Shown piece after piece: positions 10,817-22,062 of a stretch of DNA of 64,000 nucleotides; the stretch's first letter is position 1; every line of letters begins with the position of its first letter. The DNA lies in assembly GCA_038207335.1 (NCBI GenBank), contig JBBQZX010000003.1:217019-281018 (forward strand), given 5' to 3'. The translations under genes and the position numbers were made by a program. The DNA comes from Chthoniobacterales bacterium. GTDB lineage: Bacteria; Verrucomicrobiota; Verrucomicrobiia; Chthoniobacterales; Chthoniobacteraceae. A model generated the notes under the pieces. It did not search any database and had not been told where the DNA came from. It worked only from the letters and a program-made list of their open reading frames with translations.

Positions 10817-13800
10817 CTACTCGCTCGGCGGAATTGCTTCGCGGACGAGTGCGCCGTTCGCCTCGCTCATGATGAGGATCGACATGCGCGCGACTTCGCC
10901 GATTTCGTCCGGACGCAGCATTTGCGTGTCGAGCGTCGCGGTGTCGGCCGTGGCAGTGCGCGGCATCGGGACGACGGGTGGCACGGGGTGCTCGCTGGAG
11001 TTCAGGCTCGCGTAGTCGAAGCGCCCGCGGAGGTCGGTGTAGCCGTCTTTGTAAAAGCGCACCTGGCCGTTCTTCAGCCGCGCGTACACTTTCACGTAGG
11101 CCTTGCTCACGGGCCGATTCGCGGCCTGGTCGCGAAGCTCGAGACGCCCGTAATTTTCCGCCAGCGTGAGCCGCAGCGTGTTCGCGTGATGCGCCTCCGT
11201 CTTGCGCTGTCCGGCGCCGAGCACCTCCACGAGCACGTTCGATTTCGCAAACTCCGCCGGCAGCGGAATCTCCATCGCCTCCTTGTCCGCGGGCAAAACC
11301 TGCCGCACGGATTTGCCCGGCTTGATGATCGAAAAGCGGCTCGCGTCTTGCGTCACGAACGGGCTGCTGCTGAAGAGGAACTCCGGGTCCATGAGGTAAA
11401 AATTCACTGTCACCTCGCTCAGATTTTTCCATGTCATCGCGATCGCGCCACCTTCCACTTTGAACTCGAACGACGGCTCCGTCGATGCGAGTTCGCCCTG
11501 CTGTCCCTCGCGGTTTGGCTTCCCATCAGGGTTTGCGGGCGGTTGCGCTTTTCCTTCGATCTCGTCGAGCTGAGCGGTCACGCCGGAGAAAATCTTGCGC
11601 CAGCGATCCACGGGATACGCAGCGTATGCCGCGGCCACGGTGCGCGCGTCGGCAAGCTTTTCCTCATAAAACGCGGCGTAGCAGCGGAAGTAATCGTGCT
11701 GGATGCGAGTCGGCAGCTCCGCCGGTTTCACGCTGGCGAAGAGCGCCAGCGCCTCCTCCACGCGATCCTGCAGGAAGAGGAAATAGACGACGCTCATTCG
11801 ATCCATCGCGTCGAGCGCGGGCTTGTGCGCGAGGATGCCGAGCAGCGCCTGATACTGCCCGCGCACGACGGGATTCGGGATGCGGCTCTCGCCACCGAGT
11901 CGGTGCGAGCGCTGGTTCACGAGCGGGCTGTATTCGAGCTCCTGAAACGTGCGGCGCTCGATGGGGTCGATCGTGATCAGCTTGCTCGCGAGGTACGGCC
12001 CGCAGCGCGCGAGGAAGTCGTCGTGATGACGCAGCCATTCACGCAGCGCGTCGGTGTCGTCGTGGACGACCGCATACGAATAAATCGTGTCGTTGTAGAT
12101 GTGCCGCTGCTCTAGCACGCCGATGAGTTTGCGGAAAAAGTCCGCGCTTTTCCTCGCCCGCCACGCGATGCGCTCAAGGCTGATTTGCTCGAGACTGTGC
12201 GCCGCGAGAAATACGAACACGTCCGCATCGGTGCCATTTTGCGACACGTAATCCCACGAGGTCGTGTCCGGCTTCGTGAGCTTTTGCACCACGTTGAATG
12301 CAAACGCCTTGCCCGCTCCCACCGTCATTTCATCGCGGGAGACATGCACGGGGTAGTGCGGCAGCTCCTCCTTTGCCGGCGCGGGGAAGTAGAAGAAATA
12401 CTCGAGCCGCTGCGTCGTGTAGGACTCCAGCCGCACGCGTTTGCTGTCGGTCGCCTTGCTGCCGAGCACCGGCAGCGCGCCGCGCGGGATTTGAAGGAGC
12501 AGCGCGAGTTTCTGCGGCGCGGAGGTCGGGTTCGTCACGACCACATTCGCGCCATACACGACGCCCGCGATGAATTCGCCCGTCACGTATTTGTCGAATT
12601 TTTCACTCCCCTCGGCCCGCACGCGATCGTCCTGCCGGAAAAAGTTTTCGCTCACGAGCAGCTCGCCCTGCTGCGGCGCGGCTTGCGCCGGTTTGATCTC
12701 CTTGTGGAAAGCGATGAGCGCTCCTGCCGCCGTGAGCGTGAACTGCCGCCCAGCGGTTTTCGTCGCGTGCTTCGGTGCCTCGAAGGGCAGGTCGAGCGCT
12801 GCGAGCGCGAGCATCATCTCGGAGAAGTTATGGCTCGCCTCCGCGACGCTTTTCGACAGGAACGGCGCCTTGCCATCCCAAGCCGCGAAGTCGCTCCAGA
12901 AGGCGTTCACTGGGATCAATTCCGCCGTCTGCTGATCGAGCGGGAGGTTGTAGTAATTGTTCTCCGCCCATTCTTTCGTCGGCCCCAGCGCGCGGAAAAA
13001 CTGCCGCACAGTGCCGCGAAGCCGCACGGCATCCTCGTCGAGAGCGAGCCCGAAATACGCTACGGTCTCGGGGAGTTTGATGGCGTCGGACTTACTGAAT
13101 GCGTCGGACAACTCCTCCAGTTTTTTGTCATCTTTTTGCGTTGCCAGCGTCGCCATCCGCGTAACGCCCGCGACTCTTCCGGCCATCGTCGTTGCCATCG
13201 GCTTCGCAGCCGACTTGACCTGCATCTCCGCGAGTGCTGGAGCCGCCGCCGGCTCCAGCACATCCATCGCCACCGCCTGCTCCTTTGCCTCGCCAAACGC
13301 GCCCCCTGACGCGCCCTGCAGCGCCTTGCCTCGCAGTGCGGTTTCAAAAAACAGGTCATCGCGTTCCGCATCCGGCGGCTGGAGGTCGAGCGTCTCGCGC
13401 AGGTGTCGCGCGATGCCGGCGGCAGCGGCGGGCAGGCGTTGCGCGAGCAGCGCGCGCTCGGCGGCGTTGAGGCGCTCGAATTTCCACGGCTCCAAAAACC
13501 GCGACAGGTCCGTGCCGAGCAGCCATTCATCGAGGAACTGCTTCTCCTTTTTATTCGCCAAGTTCGGCTTCACCACTTTGGCGAAAAAGTCGGGGTCTTT
13601 CCGCGACAGGAAGAAGTTCAACTCGTGGCACGCGAACTCCGAATACTTCGCGCGCTTCTCCTCCTCCTTGAGCTTCGGCCAGTCGAGGATCCACGCGAAT
13701 TTCGCGAGATTCGCATCGTGGCTGAGCGTGGTGAAAAGCGCGTGGATCGACGCGAGCGAGTCGTAAGCCTCCAGCTCGGAAGTGAGCAAATCCGGCAGCA

Positions 13801-16800
13801 CCAGCGTCTGGCCGGTCGCGAGGAGACTCACCTCCTTGCGCTCGCTGAAGGGCTTTTGCGGATCGAGATTCCGCGTCAGCCGCAGGTCTTGAAATTTCGT
13901 CGGCACCTCCGGCAGCGCGAACGATCGCATCACCGCGCTCGTCAAATCCTCCGCATAAACCTGCACCTGCTGCCGGTCGCCGAGCAGCTTCTTGGGAATC
14001 CACGCGATGCCGTTTTTGTCGGGGACGATGTTGAAAAAAGTCGGCGCGACGGTGGCGAGAAAGTCGAGGTCGGGGGTGGGAGTTTGCATGATCGATGCCT
14101 GCGCCACATCTCCGCGTGCTGCGCGCGACATCGGGTCCGCAATTTTCTGCCGCACCTCCCGATCGCCCGCGGCTGCTTTAGCTGTCTCCCCGGCCGCCAT
14201 TGATTGAGCGCTCAAGTCTGTGGAGCGCACCTCCCAGGGATTCAACAGGAGGCCTGGTCGCGGGAGCATGTTGCCCGGGAAAATTTTCGAGTATCGACGC
14301 TCCAAGATGTAGCGGAACTCGTCCCCGATGGGACGACCCGCCGCGAAGAGATTTGGTCTCCGTGCAGGTGTCACGATGCCCGGCGTTGGTTGCTCGAAGT
14401 GAGCAAGCGTCGTTAAAAAATTCCCGGAATCGGGGTAAAAGTGCGTTGCCGCTACGTGCACTCGCGTGAACGCATTTACGTTACGGATCTGCGCCGCGAA
14501 TGAGTCACCGTCGTCCCGGATGTTTTCGATTTGCACCGGTTCAAATGCGCGGACTTCCAAATCGCGGCTCTTCGAGACAAGCCAGTTCAATACCGGAGCA
14601 CCGGCGGTTACCCGGATGTCGAAATGTCGATCGTCCGGCTGCACGACCAACGTGTAGTCGCCTGGGGTCAGTCCTTTGACGTGCACGAATCCGCGAGCGA
14701 TCGAGATCTCGGCAAAATGATCCGCGACATACGAATCGCCGACTTTCTCCAGCAGTGAGGCGTCCTCGGGCCGCAGCGGACCTGCGCCGCCAAACCACGG
14801 GACTTCGATCATCTGTCCTGCGCGCGCGTGGATGACCCGCGTCTGTATGGACTCATCGAGTTTAAGCGCCCAAGTCCGCTGACCGACGCCGTTCGCAAAC
14901 GACGCTCGCACGCTCCCGATTCCATCGAGCGCACCGAGATCCACCCGGCCGCGGGCATCGCTTCGCAGCGCGATATTGATCGTGTTGCGAAAGTCGCGAT
15001 GCGTGAGCTCGATGACGATTTGCTGATCCGCCAGCGGCTCCGCGTTTTTGCCGAGAAGATCGACCACGTATGCCGCACCGATCCGGGCGAAATGCGCGTC
15101 GACTGTCGCCGCGGTTTTATCGATGCCGTTCACCTCCCATGTTTTCGTCGCCGAGACTTCGTTCTTCTCCCCGCCCGCGCTGAGATTTTCCACCTTCGCG
15201 GTGAGGGTGACCGTGAGCGTTGCGAGCCGCTCGGGCACCGTGAATTTCTGCGTCTCGTCGCGCTTCGGATCGAACGCGATGCCCGTCACATCTTTGGTCG
15301 TCGAGATGCCGTCGAGCGTCGTTGAGGTGATCGCGAGTTTCACATCCTGGAGCAGGCTCGGCGCGATGATCGCGTCGCCGAGACGCAGCGCCGCGCGGAT
15401 CGCCAGCGTGGCCTCGCGCCCGCCGAGGAGCTGCTCGCGCGGGATGTGAAATTGCGCGTCGAGCGAGTAGCTCTCCGCGTGATGCTCGAAGCTCGTGAGC
15501 GTCGCAAATTCGCCCGCCGCATCCGCGAGGATCACCGGCTTCGTCCCCGGCTGTTTCGTGAACGGCACGATGATTCGACCGGTCTTTTCGTCAGGAGTCA
15601 ATTTGCGTCCGTCCAGCCATGCCACAGCATCCGGCACGATTTGCTGCGCCTCGTCGATGATGCTGAGCATGTCGCCCGCGGGGCCGGTCTGCTGCAGCAC
15701 ATGCCACTGCCCCTTGCGGATGAGAACGCGGCTCGATTTCCCTCCACCGATGAATTCGATGACCCACGCGCCACGCCGTTTCGCGAGTTCGGGGAACTTG
15801 AAAGTGCGCGGCGTGCGCAGCAGCGGCGCCGCCATGATTTGCTCGGTCTTTTCCGAGTTCGCCACGAGCCCGTCGAGCGGCAGGTCGGTGTTGAGCTGGC
15901 GGTTGTTCGCGAGGAAAAAGCTCAGCGCGTTCACCTCGTAGATTTTCACGATCAGCTTCGGCGCGTTCTTCGTGATGACATCGATCGCGACCGGATCGGC
16001 GGGCGCGAAGAACTGCGGATTCGCCGGATTGAAGTCGATATCGACGCGCTCTTTCAGCGCCTGGAATGCTGTGGGAGAGAGCAACGCCGCCCATTTCTCC
16101 GGCGCGCCAACGCCGTGCGTGATCTTCGATTCTGCAAAGATCGGCTTGAGAAAATCGTCCCGCAGATACGGCGCAAAGGCGCCCCAATCCGGCGCGTCTT
16201 TCAGCAGCTCGAGCAGGAACTCGCGTACCAGCCAGGTGTCGTCGCCGATCGGCGTCGAGATGCTGAGCGCCGCGCCGTTGAGGTCGGCATTCAGGTCGAT
16301 CGCGTGGTCGCCGCGGCTGCCGCGATCGAGATATTCCGGGCGCATGTATCCGGCGCGTCGCGGGAGTTTCAGATACTCGAGAAAGCGCGCCTTGTCGTAA
16401 ACGCCGCGGCTGCGGTCGAGCAGCAGACGCGCGTGCAGGATGTGCGCTTTGAGCGTGTTGAAACTCTGGCTCAAATTTTTCGCGTAGCCCCACGCGCGCT
16501 CCAGCCACGCTTCCCGCTCCGCGAGGTCAAACTCGATATCGACATCCGCATTCGGCAGAAATTTCCGCAGCCGCGTGAAGACGAACTCCTGGCTGTCCAG
16601 CAAGCCGGGGAGCTGTTTTGCGAGCTGATCGAGCTGCTCGGGGAGCAGCAGTTTGTGGATCGGGTATTCGCCGAATCCGCGGCTCTCCTTCGTCTGCAAA
16701 TCCGCCGCGATGAGCGCGACCAATCCCTCCACATCCGGTCGCTGAATCGCGCTCAACAAAGAGCGCCGCTGCGATGGAGTGAGCGCGACTTTATCCCGCA

Positions 16801-17293
16801 CGAGCTGCTGCAGCGCGGCTTGGGTACAGTTCTGGAGGTTGTCTCTGTTTTGTAGCGCCTCTGCTTGGAATCGTTCGCGGCTAATGCTTGCCGGGTCGAG
16901 CGCGGTCGGCAGGTCTGGTGCTTTGTCGCGGATTTCTTGCGCGTGATTGAACTGCAAATTCAGACGGTCGCGCAGGAACGCGAGCGTGGCTTTCGGGTCG
17001 GCGTCGTAGGCCAGCAGCGCGGCGCGATTTTCGATGATCTTCCGCTGCTCCGATGTCGGAAAGCGCGCCGTCCATTCCGACATCGTCGCCTTCAGTTTCG
17101 CCGCCTGCGCCGTGTTTTGAAAGTGGAGCGCGTGGTAAAAGTAAAACTCCTCGCTGCCCGGGATGAGCTGCGAGAGCACCGCCTCGCGATCCGGCGCGAG
17201 CGCGAATTTTTCGATGAAGCCGACTTCATTTTCCGCGCACAAAAAGCGCGCGAACGAAATGGCGAGGAGCGATGAGAGGAGGCGTGTTTTCAT
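10817..17293 (-). CDS. very large (2158 aa) secreted protein of unknown function, macroglobulin-like beta-domain organisation
   Basis: Uninterrupted ORF; signal peptide MKTRLLSSLLAISF at ATG 17293; C-terminal YVKVYAR...FYKDGYTDLRGRFDY. Confidence 0.8.
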   Translation of the reverse strand: MKTRLLSSLLAISFARFLCAENEVGFIEKFALAPDREAVLSQLIPGSEEFYFYHALHFQNTAQAAKLKATMSEWTARFPTSEQRKIIENRAALLAYDADPKATLAFLRDRLNLQFNHAQEIRDKAPDLPTALDPASISRERFQAEALQNRDNLQNCTQAALQQLVRDKVALTPSQRRSLLSAIQRPDVEGLVALIAADLQTKESRGFGEYPIHKLLLPEQLDQLAKQLPGLLDSQEFVFTRLRKFLPNADVDIEFDLAEREAWLERAWGYAKNLSQSFNTLKAHILHARLLLDRSRGVYDKARFLEYLKLPRRAGYMRPEYLDRGSRGDHAIDLNADLNGAALSISTPIGDDTWLVREFLLELLKDAPDWGAFAPYLRDDFLKPIFAESKITHGVGAPEKWAALLSPTAFQALKERVDIDFNPANPQFFAPADPVAIDVITKNAPKLIVKIYEVNALSFFLANNRQLNTDLPLDGLVANSEKTEQIMAAPLLRTPRTFKFPELAKRRGAWVIEFIGGGKSSRVLIRKGQWHVLQQTGPAGDMLSIIDEAQQIVPDAVAWLDGRKLTPDEKTGRIIVPFTKQPGTKPVILADAAGEFATLTSFEHHAESYSLDAQFHIPREQLLGGREATLAIRAALRLGDAIIAPSLLQDVKLAITSTTLDGISTTKDVTGIAFDPKRDETQKFTVPERLATLTVTLTAKVENLSAGGEKNEVSATKTWEVNGIDKTAATVDAHFARIGAAYVVDLLGKNAEPLADQQIVIELTHRDFRNTINIALRSDARGRVDLGALDGIGSVRASFANGVGQRTWALKLDESIQTRVIHARAGQMIEVPWFGGAGPLRPEDASLLEKVGDSYVADHFAEISIARGFVHVKGLTPGDYTLVVQPDDRHFDIRVTAGAPVLNWLVSKSRDLEVRAFEPVQIENIRDDGDSFAAQIRNVNAFTRVHVAATHFYPDSGNFLTTLAHFEQPTPGIVTPARRPNLFAAGRPIGDEFRYILERRYSKIFPGNMLPRPGLLLNPWEVRSTDLSAQSMAAGETAKAAAGDREVRQKIADPMSRAARGDVAQASIMQTPTPDLDFLATVAPTFFNIVPDKNGIAWIPKKLLGDRQQVQVYAEDLTSAVMRSFALPEVPTKFQDLRLTRNLDPQKPFSERKEVSLLATGQTLVLPDLLTSELEAYDSLASIHALFTTLSHDANLAKFAWILDWPKLKEEEKRAKYSEFACHELNFFLSRKDPDFFAKVVKPNLANKKEKQFLDEWLLGTDLSRFLEPWKFERLNAAERALLAQRLPAAAAGIARHLRETLDLQPPDAERDDLFFETALRGKALQGASGGAFGEAKEQAVAMDVLEPAAAPALAEMQVKSAAKPMATTMAGRVAGVTRMATLATQKDDKKLEELSDAFSKSDAIKLPETVAYFGLALDEDAVRLRGTVRQFFRALGPTKEWAENNYYNLPLDQQTAELIPVNAFWSDFAAWDGKAPFLSKSVAEASHNFSEMMLALAALDLPFEAPKHATKTAGRQFTLTAAGALIAFHKEIKPAQAAPQQGELLVSENFFRQDDRVRAEGSEKFDKYVTGEFIAGVVYGANVVVTNPTSAPQKLALLLQIPRGALPVLGSKATDSKRVRLESYTTQRLEYFFYFPAPAKEELPHYPVHVSRDEMTVGAGKAFAFNVVQKLTKPDTTSWDYVSQNGTDADVFVFLAAHSLEQISLERIAWRARKSADFFRKLIGVLEQRHIYNDTIYSYAVVHDDTDALREWLRHHDDFLARCGPYLASKLITIDPIERRTFQELEYSPLVNQRSHRLGGESRIPNPVVRGQYQALLGILAHKPALDAMDRMSVVYFLFLQDRVEEALALFASVKPAELPTRIQHDYFRCYAAFYEEKLADARTVAAAYAAYPVDRWRKIFSGVTAQLDEIEGKAQPPANPDGKPNREGQQGELASTEPSFEFKVEGGAIAMTWKNLSEVTVNFYLMDPEFLFSSSPFVTQDASRFSIIKPGKSVRQVLPADKEAMEIPLPAEFAKSNVLVEVLGAGQRKTEAHHANTLRLTLAENYGRLELRDQAANRPVSKAYVKVYARLKNGQVRFYKDGYTDLRGRFDYASLNSSEHPVPPVVPMPRTATADTATLDTQMLRPDEIGEVARMSILIMSEANGALVREAIPPSE

Positions 17294-17474
17294 GGGAGAG
17301 TCGGGAATGCGTGCCGGATTGGAATGCTGCCAATTGCGCGCAATGACGCAAGGCACTCCATGAGACACGTGTGACGAGGCGCTTGTGTTAGAAAGACGCG
17401 GCTGAGAATTCCAGCGATGATGCTTCATCCATTTCAGGCTCGAACGCTTGTGCATCTCGCCTACTTTCCGCGCC

Positions 17475-18110
17475 ATGCGAATCGCACTTTGCCTCGCTTT
17501 TCCTCTCATCGCGTTACTCGCGGGCTGCGCTTCCCGGCCGCTTCCGAAGTATGAGAAGCCAATCGCTCGCACTGCCGTGCAGAGCGTCCGCACGACGGCC
17601 TACACACACACGGAGGCCGACCACATCAAGCACGGGAGCAGCACGGCGCTCGGCACGCAGTTGCAATCCGGCGAAATTCACAGCGCGGCGGCGGACTGGT
17701 CGCGCTGGCCGGCGGGCTCGCGGTTTCGGATCGTGGAGACGGGTGAAATTTATCAAGTGGATGACTACGGATGGGCGCTCGCCGGGACGAATACGATCGA
17801 CCTTTACAAGCCGACGCGCGCCGACATGAACGCGTGGGGCGTGCGCCGTGTGACGATCGAAAATCTGCAATGGGGCGACCCGAAACGCAGCGTAGCCGTG
17901 CTGCGCCCGCGATCAAAATACGCGCACATCCGGCGGATGCTGGAGGAATTCAAAAAGAACGACATGACGTTCCCCGCGCTGCCGCAAAACGCGCCGCTGC
18001 TGGCGGTGGCCGCGCCCGCGCCCGCGCCAGTCTTTACCGCCGTCCGCGCGGTGCCGGTTGGCGGAGAAAGGTCCGACTTGAAGCCATTCTACGCGCCCGC
18101 CGGGCAGTGA
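17475..18110 (+). CDS. 3D-domain lipoprotein (peptidoglycan-related)
   Basis: Lipobox LLAGC; VRTTAY, AAADWS, VDDYG, TIDLY motifs. Confidence 0.8.
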   Translation: MRIALCLAFPLIALLAGCASRPLPKYEKPIARTAVQSVRTTAYTHTEADHIKHGSSTALGTQLQSGEIHSAAADWSRWPAGSRFRIVETGEIYQVDDYGWALAGTNTIDLYKPTRADMNAWGVRRVTIENLQWGDPKRSVAVLRPRSKYAHIRRMLEEFKKNDMTFPALPQNAPLLAVAAPAPAPVFTAVRAVPVGGERSDLKPFYAPAGQ

Positions 18111-18139
18111 ATGTCGTCCATCACGAAAGCGCTACAGCG

Positions 18140-21100
18140 TCACGGCTGGGTGATTTTCAAACGGAGGAAGCGCGGGGCGGTGCCGCGCGGGACGGTGTCG
18201 CGGAAGTAGAGAGTCTCGGTGCCGTCGCCGTTTGAAGCGGGCGCGCCGTCCTGGATCGCGGCGCTCCAGCCGGCCAGGTCGCCAGTGGCTTCGGCGGAGT
18301 AGGTGATGCCGGTGCGGCCGATGGGGCGGCGGATTTCGAGCGCGAGGTATTCGGTGCCGCCTACGTTGCGCCAGACCGTGCCGGGCAAGACGCCATCGCC
18401 AGCGGCTGTGGGGTCGGTGCCGAGGGCGTACTCGATGAGATTCACGCATCCGTCGTGCTCAGGGTCGGCGAGCGGCGCGATGATCGCGGGATCGCTGATG
18501 CCGGGCCACGCGATGCTCTGCCAGTCGGCGAAGAGGTTCGGATTCGGGGCGGCGGTGATGCTGAGTTCGGCGAAGTCCTGTGCGATGGAATTCGTGCCGG
18601 TGAGGCGCAGGACGTAGCTGCCACTCTGGGCGAAGGTGAGGGTCGTGGCGGGGCTCGCGGGGTTGCCGAATGTGACGGCGCCGGGGCCGCTGATTTTGCT
18701 CCATGCGGCGGTGAGCGTGTCGGCCAGTTCGCTGACGGCAGTGCCGGCGAGGGTCGTGGTGACGCCGTTGATGGCGGTGGGCGCGGGGCCGGTGAGCAGC
18801 GACGGCGCGGGGCTGGCGGCGGCGAGCGCGGCGATTTCGCCGGGGGCGAGGGCGCGCGAGTAGAGGCGGAAGTCGTCGAGGAGGGCGTTGAGATACGGGT
18901 CGGCGGAGAATTGAGAACGACCGAGATAGTTCAGGGTGGTGGTGCCGAGGCTGGATGGTTTCAGCGACATCGCGCTGTTGCGGCCAGCTTCGACGCCGTC
19001 GAGGTACAGAATGCCGGTCGTGCCGCTGAGCGTGAGGGCGACGTGATGCCACGCTCCGGCAGTGAGCGCGGCGGGTGCGTCGATGCGCTGCTCACCGCTG
19101 CCGTTGTTGATCGCAAAACGCAGCGGGCCGCCCGCGCCTGCCATCGGCGCGAGGAACATGTAATTGGTCGTGCCGGTGCCGAAATCGAACACGCGCGCCC
19201 ATGCCGAGACAGCCGTCGCTTTAACCCAAACAGCGGCGGTGAAGTTCGTGAGCCCAGCCGCGACGCCGCTCGGAAGCGTGGCATACTGGCTGGAGCCGTT
19301 GAAGTTCAGCGCGTTGCGCAGGACGCCGCTCGTCCACGTCGGGGAGTTGAAAAGCGTGGCGTTGCGCGAATTCGACGAGCTGTCGAAAGCAGTCGCACCG
19401 CTGGTTTCGTTCATCTTCAGCCAGACCGCGAGCGAGGCGTCGGGCGCGGGGAAGACCGCGACCGCGATGTCCGCGCTACCCGCGCCTGCGGTCGTGGTGG
19501 CACTGCATCGGAGGACGTACGCGCCCGTCTGCGAGAAGCTCGCGGCGGTCGCGGCGGTGTTGGCGGGGGCAAATGTGACGCTTCCGGGGCCGCTCACTTT
19601 CGACCAAAGCACGGCGGGGACTCCCTGCCCGCCGCTGTCGGTAATCGCGGCGGTGAGGCGGAGGCTCGTGGCTGCGCCGTCGAGCGTGACCGCATCCGGC
19701 AGGGCGACATCGGGCGGCGGGACGATCACGCTCACTTCATCGAGCACGGCTTCGGTGAAAAGCGCTTCATCGTGCGAGCATGCGGGCAGGCCCACGAGCA
19801 TGGAGGTGGACATCGCGACGGTCTGCGGCGCGCCGATGACCGTCCACGCGACGCCGTCGGTCGAGTAGGACGCCGTGAAAACGTTCCCGCGCCGCAGCAG
19901 CCGCACCCATGGCGGATCGGTGATGCCCGTAACCACGACCGCGCTCGTGCTGCCGCTCGACGCGCTGCGCGTCAGCACCTCGACCGTCCCCGCTGGCGTC
20001 CAATCCACCGTCACGCTCCGCACGAAGCTGGTCGCGGATTCGCGCATCATCACGCCGGTTTTCGCCGCGGCGTTCGTGGCGTCGAGGCCGAGAATGCGCG
20101 CGGTGAGCTGGCAGTCGCCAGTCATCGGGCGGTTCACGAAATGAAACTTGTCCGACGTGCTCCAAATGTCCGCGCCCGCCGCTTGGATCGCGAATTTCGT
20201 CCCGCGCACTCCCGACGTGCCGGCGAGCGGAATCGTCGTGACATCCTGGCTGACCCACGGCGCCGGTAGCGGCTGCGCGAGGAAAAACGAGTCCGCATAC
20301 TCCGCCGCGGTGCTGCTCCCGCGGAACGCGAAAATCGTCCCGGTCGTGTTGCTCGCGCCGGTCGTGAAATTCACCGTCCCGCGCGTCCACACGCTCGCAG
20401 TCACCCCTGTCGTCACCTGGCTTCCGCCGTGATTTTTTACGCCGAATGTCAGCCCCTTCCCGCCATTATTCGTCCACGCGCTAAGCCGGTAGGCAGTGCC
20501 CGGCGTGAGCCCCACCACCTCCTGCTCCGCGCCTGCCGACGACGTGCTCGCGGGAAAAGTGAGCGCATACGTGCCGCTGTGGATCGATCCCGAGTCCGCG
20601 ACGACGGTGCCGCCGTAGAGATTCCACGCCACGTCGTCGCCGCGCTCCAGCGATCCGTTCGTCACCGTCGCGCCGCGCCGCAGGAGAAAATCATCCACGT
20701 AGCTCGTCCCGCTGCCCGCCGCCGCGCGCGCGAAAATCGTTGCCGTGCGGTTGAACGCCCCGGTCGTAAAAGGCACGGTCGCCTTTGCAAAACTAGTGCC
20801 TGTCACAATCTGCGATACCTCGGTGCCGCCGTGCGAATTCACCCCGATCGTCGCCGCGCCGCGCCCCCAACCCGTCAGCACGTATCCCGTATTCGGCTGC
20901 AAACCGTACACCGTCTGCGCGAGCGTCGCCGTCGCCGATGCCGCCGACAGCGCCGCGCCCGTCGTGCCGCTGGAGGCCTCCACGCCATTCGTCCCGCTCA
21001 CCCAGTTCGAGTTGCTCCCGGCCCACGGCTGCTTCCGCGCCTCCAAGTCCGCATCCTCCAGCCCTTCCGCGGGCCGGAAAAACCGCACGTAATCCACCTC

Positions 21101-21889
21101 CATCTTCGTCGTGCTCGTGCTCGCATCGCCGTATCCACCCGACGGGATTTGCCCCGCCCACGACTCGAAGCTCCCGCCCCCGATGATCGTCGAGAGATAA
21201 ATCCACTGCCCCCGCATCGACACCGCCTGCGTGCTGCTCGCGACCTGCACGCTATCGATGTAAAAAGTGTATCCGGCCGGCGTCCAGTGCAGTCCGTAAG
21301 TGTGCCAGTTTCCCTGCAGGGCCGAGTTGCCGCTCCAGTTATTCACGAGCCCGGGCCCGCCGCTCAAGCCCGCCGTGCCGTAACTATTCCAATGCAGGGC
21401 CTCGTAGGCTTTATCGGAAATATTCGCACCGCTCGCGTCCTGCTTCCGGTGCTCCACGATGTCGATTTCGGTCCCATTGTTCGCCGGGTCCGGCGGCGTC
21501 GAAACCGTGTTGATGGAGTCCGGCTGGAGCCAAAAAGCCGACCACGTCGCGCTCGCGCCATTGAATCGAATCCGCGCCTCCCAATATCCATACACCGCAT
21601 CGAAATGCCCCTGCGTCCCGATCCATCCCGTGTGATGCACCCCGCTCGCAGCGTTCGTCCACGTCAGGATCGTCAAAATCCCATTTCCCACCGAGACATC
21701 CGGCGCAGTGCCGGACATGAAACCATTCCGATACTGCCCTGTGAAATTGCTCCACTTCGAGCCATCCAGCGCCGTCCCGTCGAACTCATCACTCCACACC
21801 TGCGTCCACCCATTTCCCGGAGGTGCCGCATTCACCGCTCGCCCCGAAACGAGCACAGCAATAGCGAGGACGTGGAGAAAGCGATACAT
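18140..21889 (-). CDS. multidomain secreted GH16 glycoside hydrolase with CBM-like, LamG and PKD-like domains
   Basis: Signal peptide; WSDEFDG, YGYWEARI, catalytic EIDIVEH; LamG (WHHVALT, LDDFRLYSRAL); C-terminal NLIEYALGTDP...RFLRLKI tail. Confidence 0.88.
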   Translation of the reverse strand: MYRFLHVLAIAVLVSGRAVNAAPPGNGWTQVWSDEFDGTALDGSKWSNFTGQYRNGFMSGTAPDVSVGNGILTILTWTNAASGVHHTGWIGTQGHFDAVYGYWEARIRFNGASATWSAFWLQPDSINTVSTPPDPANNGTEIDIVEHRKQDASGANISDKAYEALHWNSYGTAGLSGGPGLVNNWSGNSALQGNWHTYGLHWTPAGYTFYIDSVQVASSTQAVSMRGQWIYLSTIIGGGSFESWAGQIPSGGYGDASTSTTKMEVDYVRFFRPAEGLEDADLEARKQPWAGSNSNWVSGTNGVEASSGTTGAALSAASATATLAQTVYGLQPNTGYVLTGWGRGAATIGVNSHGGTEVSQIVTGTSFAKATVPFTTGAFNRTATIFARAAAGSGTSYVDDFLLRRGATVTNGSLERGDDVAWNLYGGTVVADSGSIHSGTYALTFPASTSSAGAEQEVVGLTPGTAYRLSAWTNNGGKGLTFGVKNHGGSQVTTGVTASVWTRGTVNFTTGASNTTGTIFAFRGSSTAAEYADSFFLAQPLPAPWVSQDVTTIPLAGTSGVRGTKFAIQAAGADIWSTSDKFHFVNRPMTGDCQLTARILGLDATNAAAKTGVMMRESATSFVRSVTVDWTPAGTVEVLTRSASSGSTSAVVVTGITDPPWVRLLRRGNVFTASYSTDGVAWTVIGAPQTVAMSTSMLVGLPACSHDEALFTEAVLDEVSVIVPPPDVALPDAVTLDGAATSLRLTAAITDSGGQGVPAVLWSKVSGPGSVTFAPANTAATAASFSQTGAYVLRCSATTTAGAGSADIAVAVFPAPDASLAVWLKMNETSGATAFDSSSNSRNATLFNSPTWTSGVLRNALNFNGSSQYATLPSGVAAGLTNFTAAVWVKATAVSAWARVFDFGTGTTNYMFLAPMAGAGGPLRFAINNGSGEQRIDAPAALTAGAWHHVALTLSGTTGILYLDGVEAGRNSAMSLKPSSLGTTTLNYLGRSQFSADPYLNALLDDFRLYSRALAPGEIAALAAASPAPSLLTGPAPTAINGVTTTLAGTAVSELADTLTAAWSKISGPGAVTFGNPASPATTLTFAQSGSYVLRLTGTNSIAQDFAELSITAAPNPNLFADWQSIAWPGISDPAIIAPLADPEHDGCVNLIEYALGTDPTAAGDGVLPGTVWRNVGGTEYLALEIRRPIGRTGITYSAEATGDLAGWSAAIQDGAPASNGDGTETLYFRDTVPRGTAPRFLRLKITQP

Positions 21890-22062
21890 CGCGGGGGAGG
21901 GTGCGATCCTAGCGCAAAACAGATCGAACACTAGCGGTTGCTGAAATCGGCATTCCAACAAGCCATGCGTCCTGACTGGCCGCGGTGGTCGTTGCAACCG
22001 GGATCGGCGATCCTGCTTACAGGATTGACGGCGCGTAGATGCGCGCAACATTTATCGCCCCA

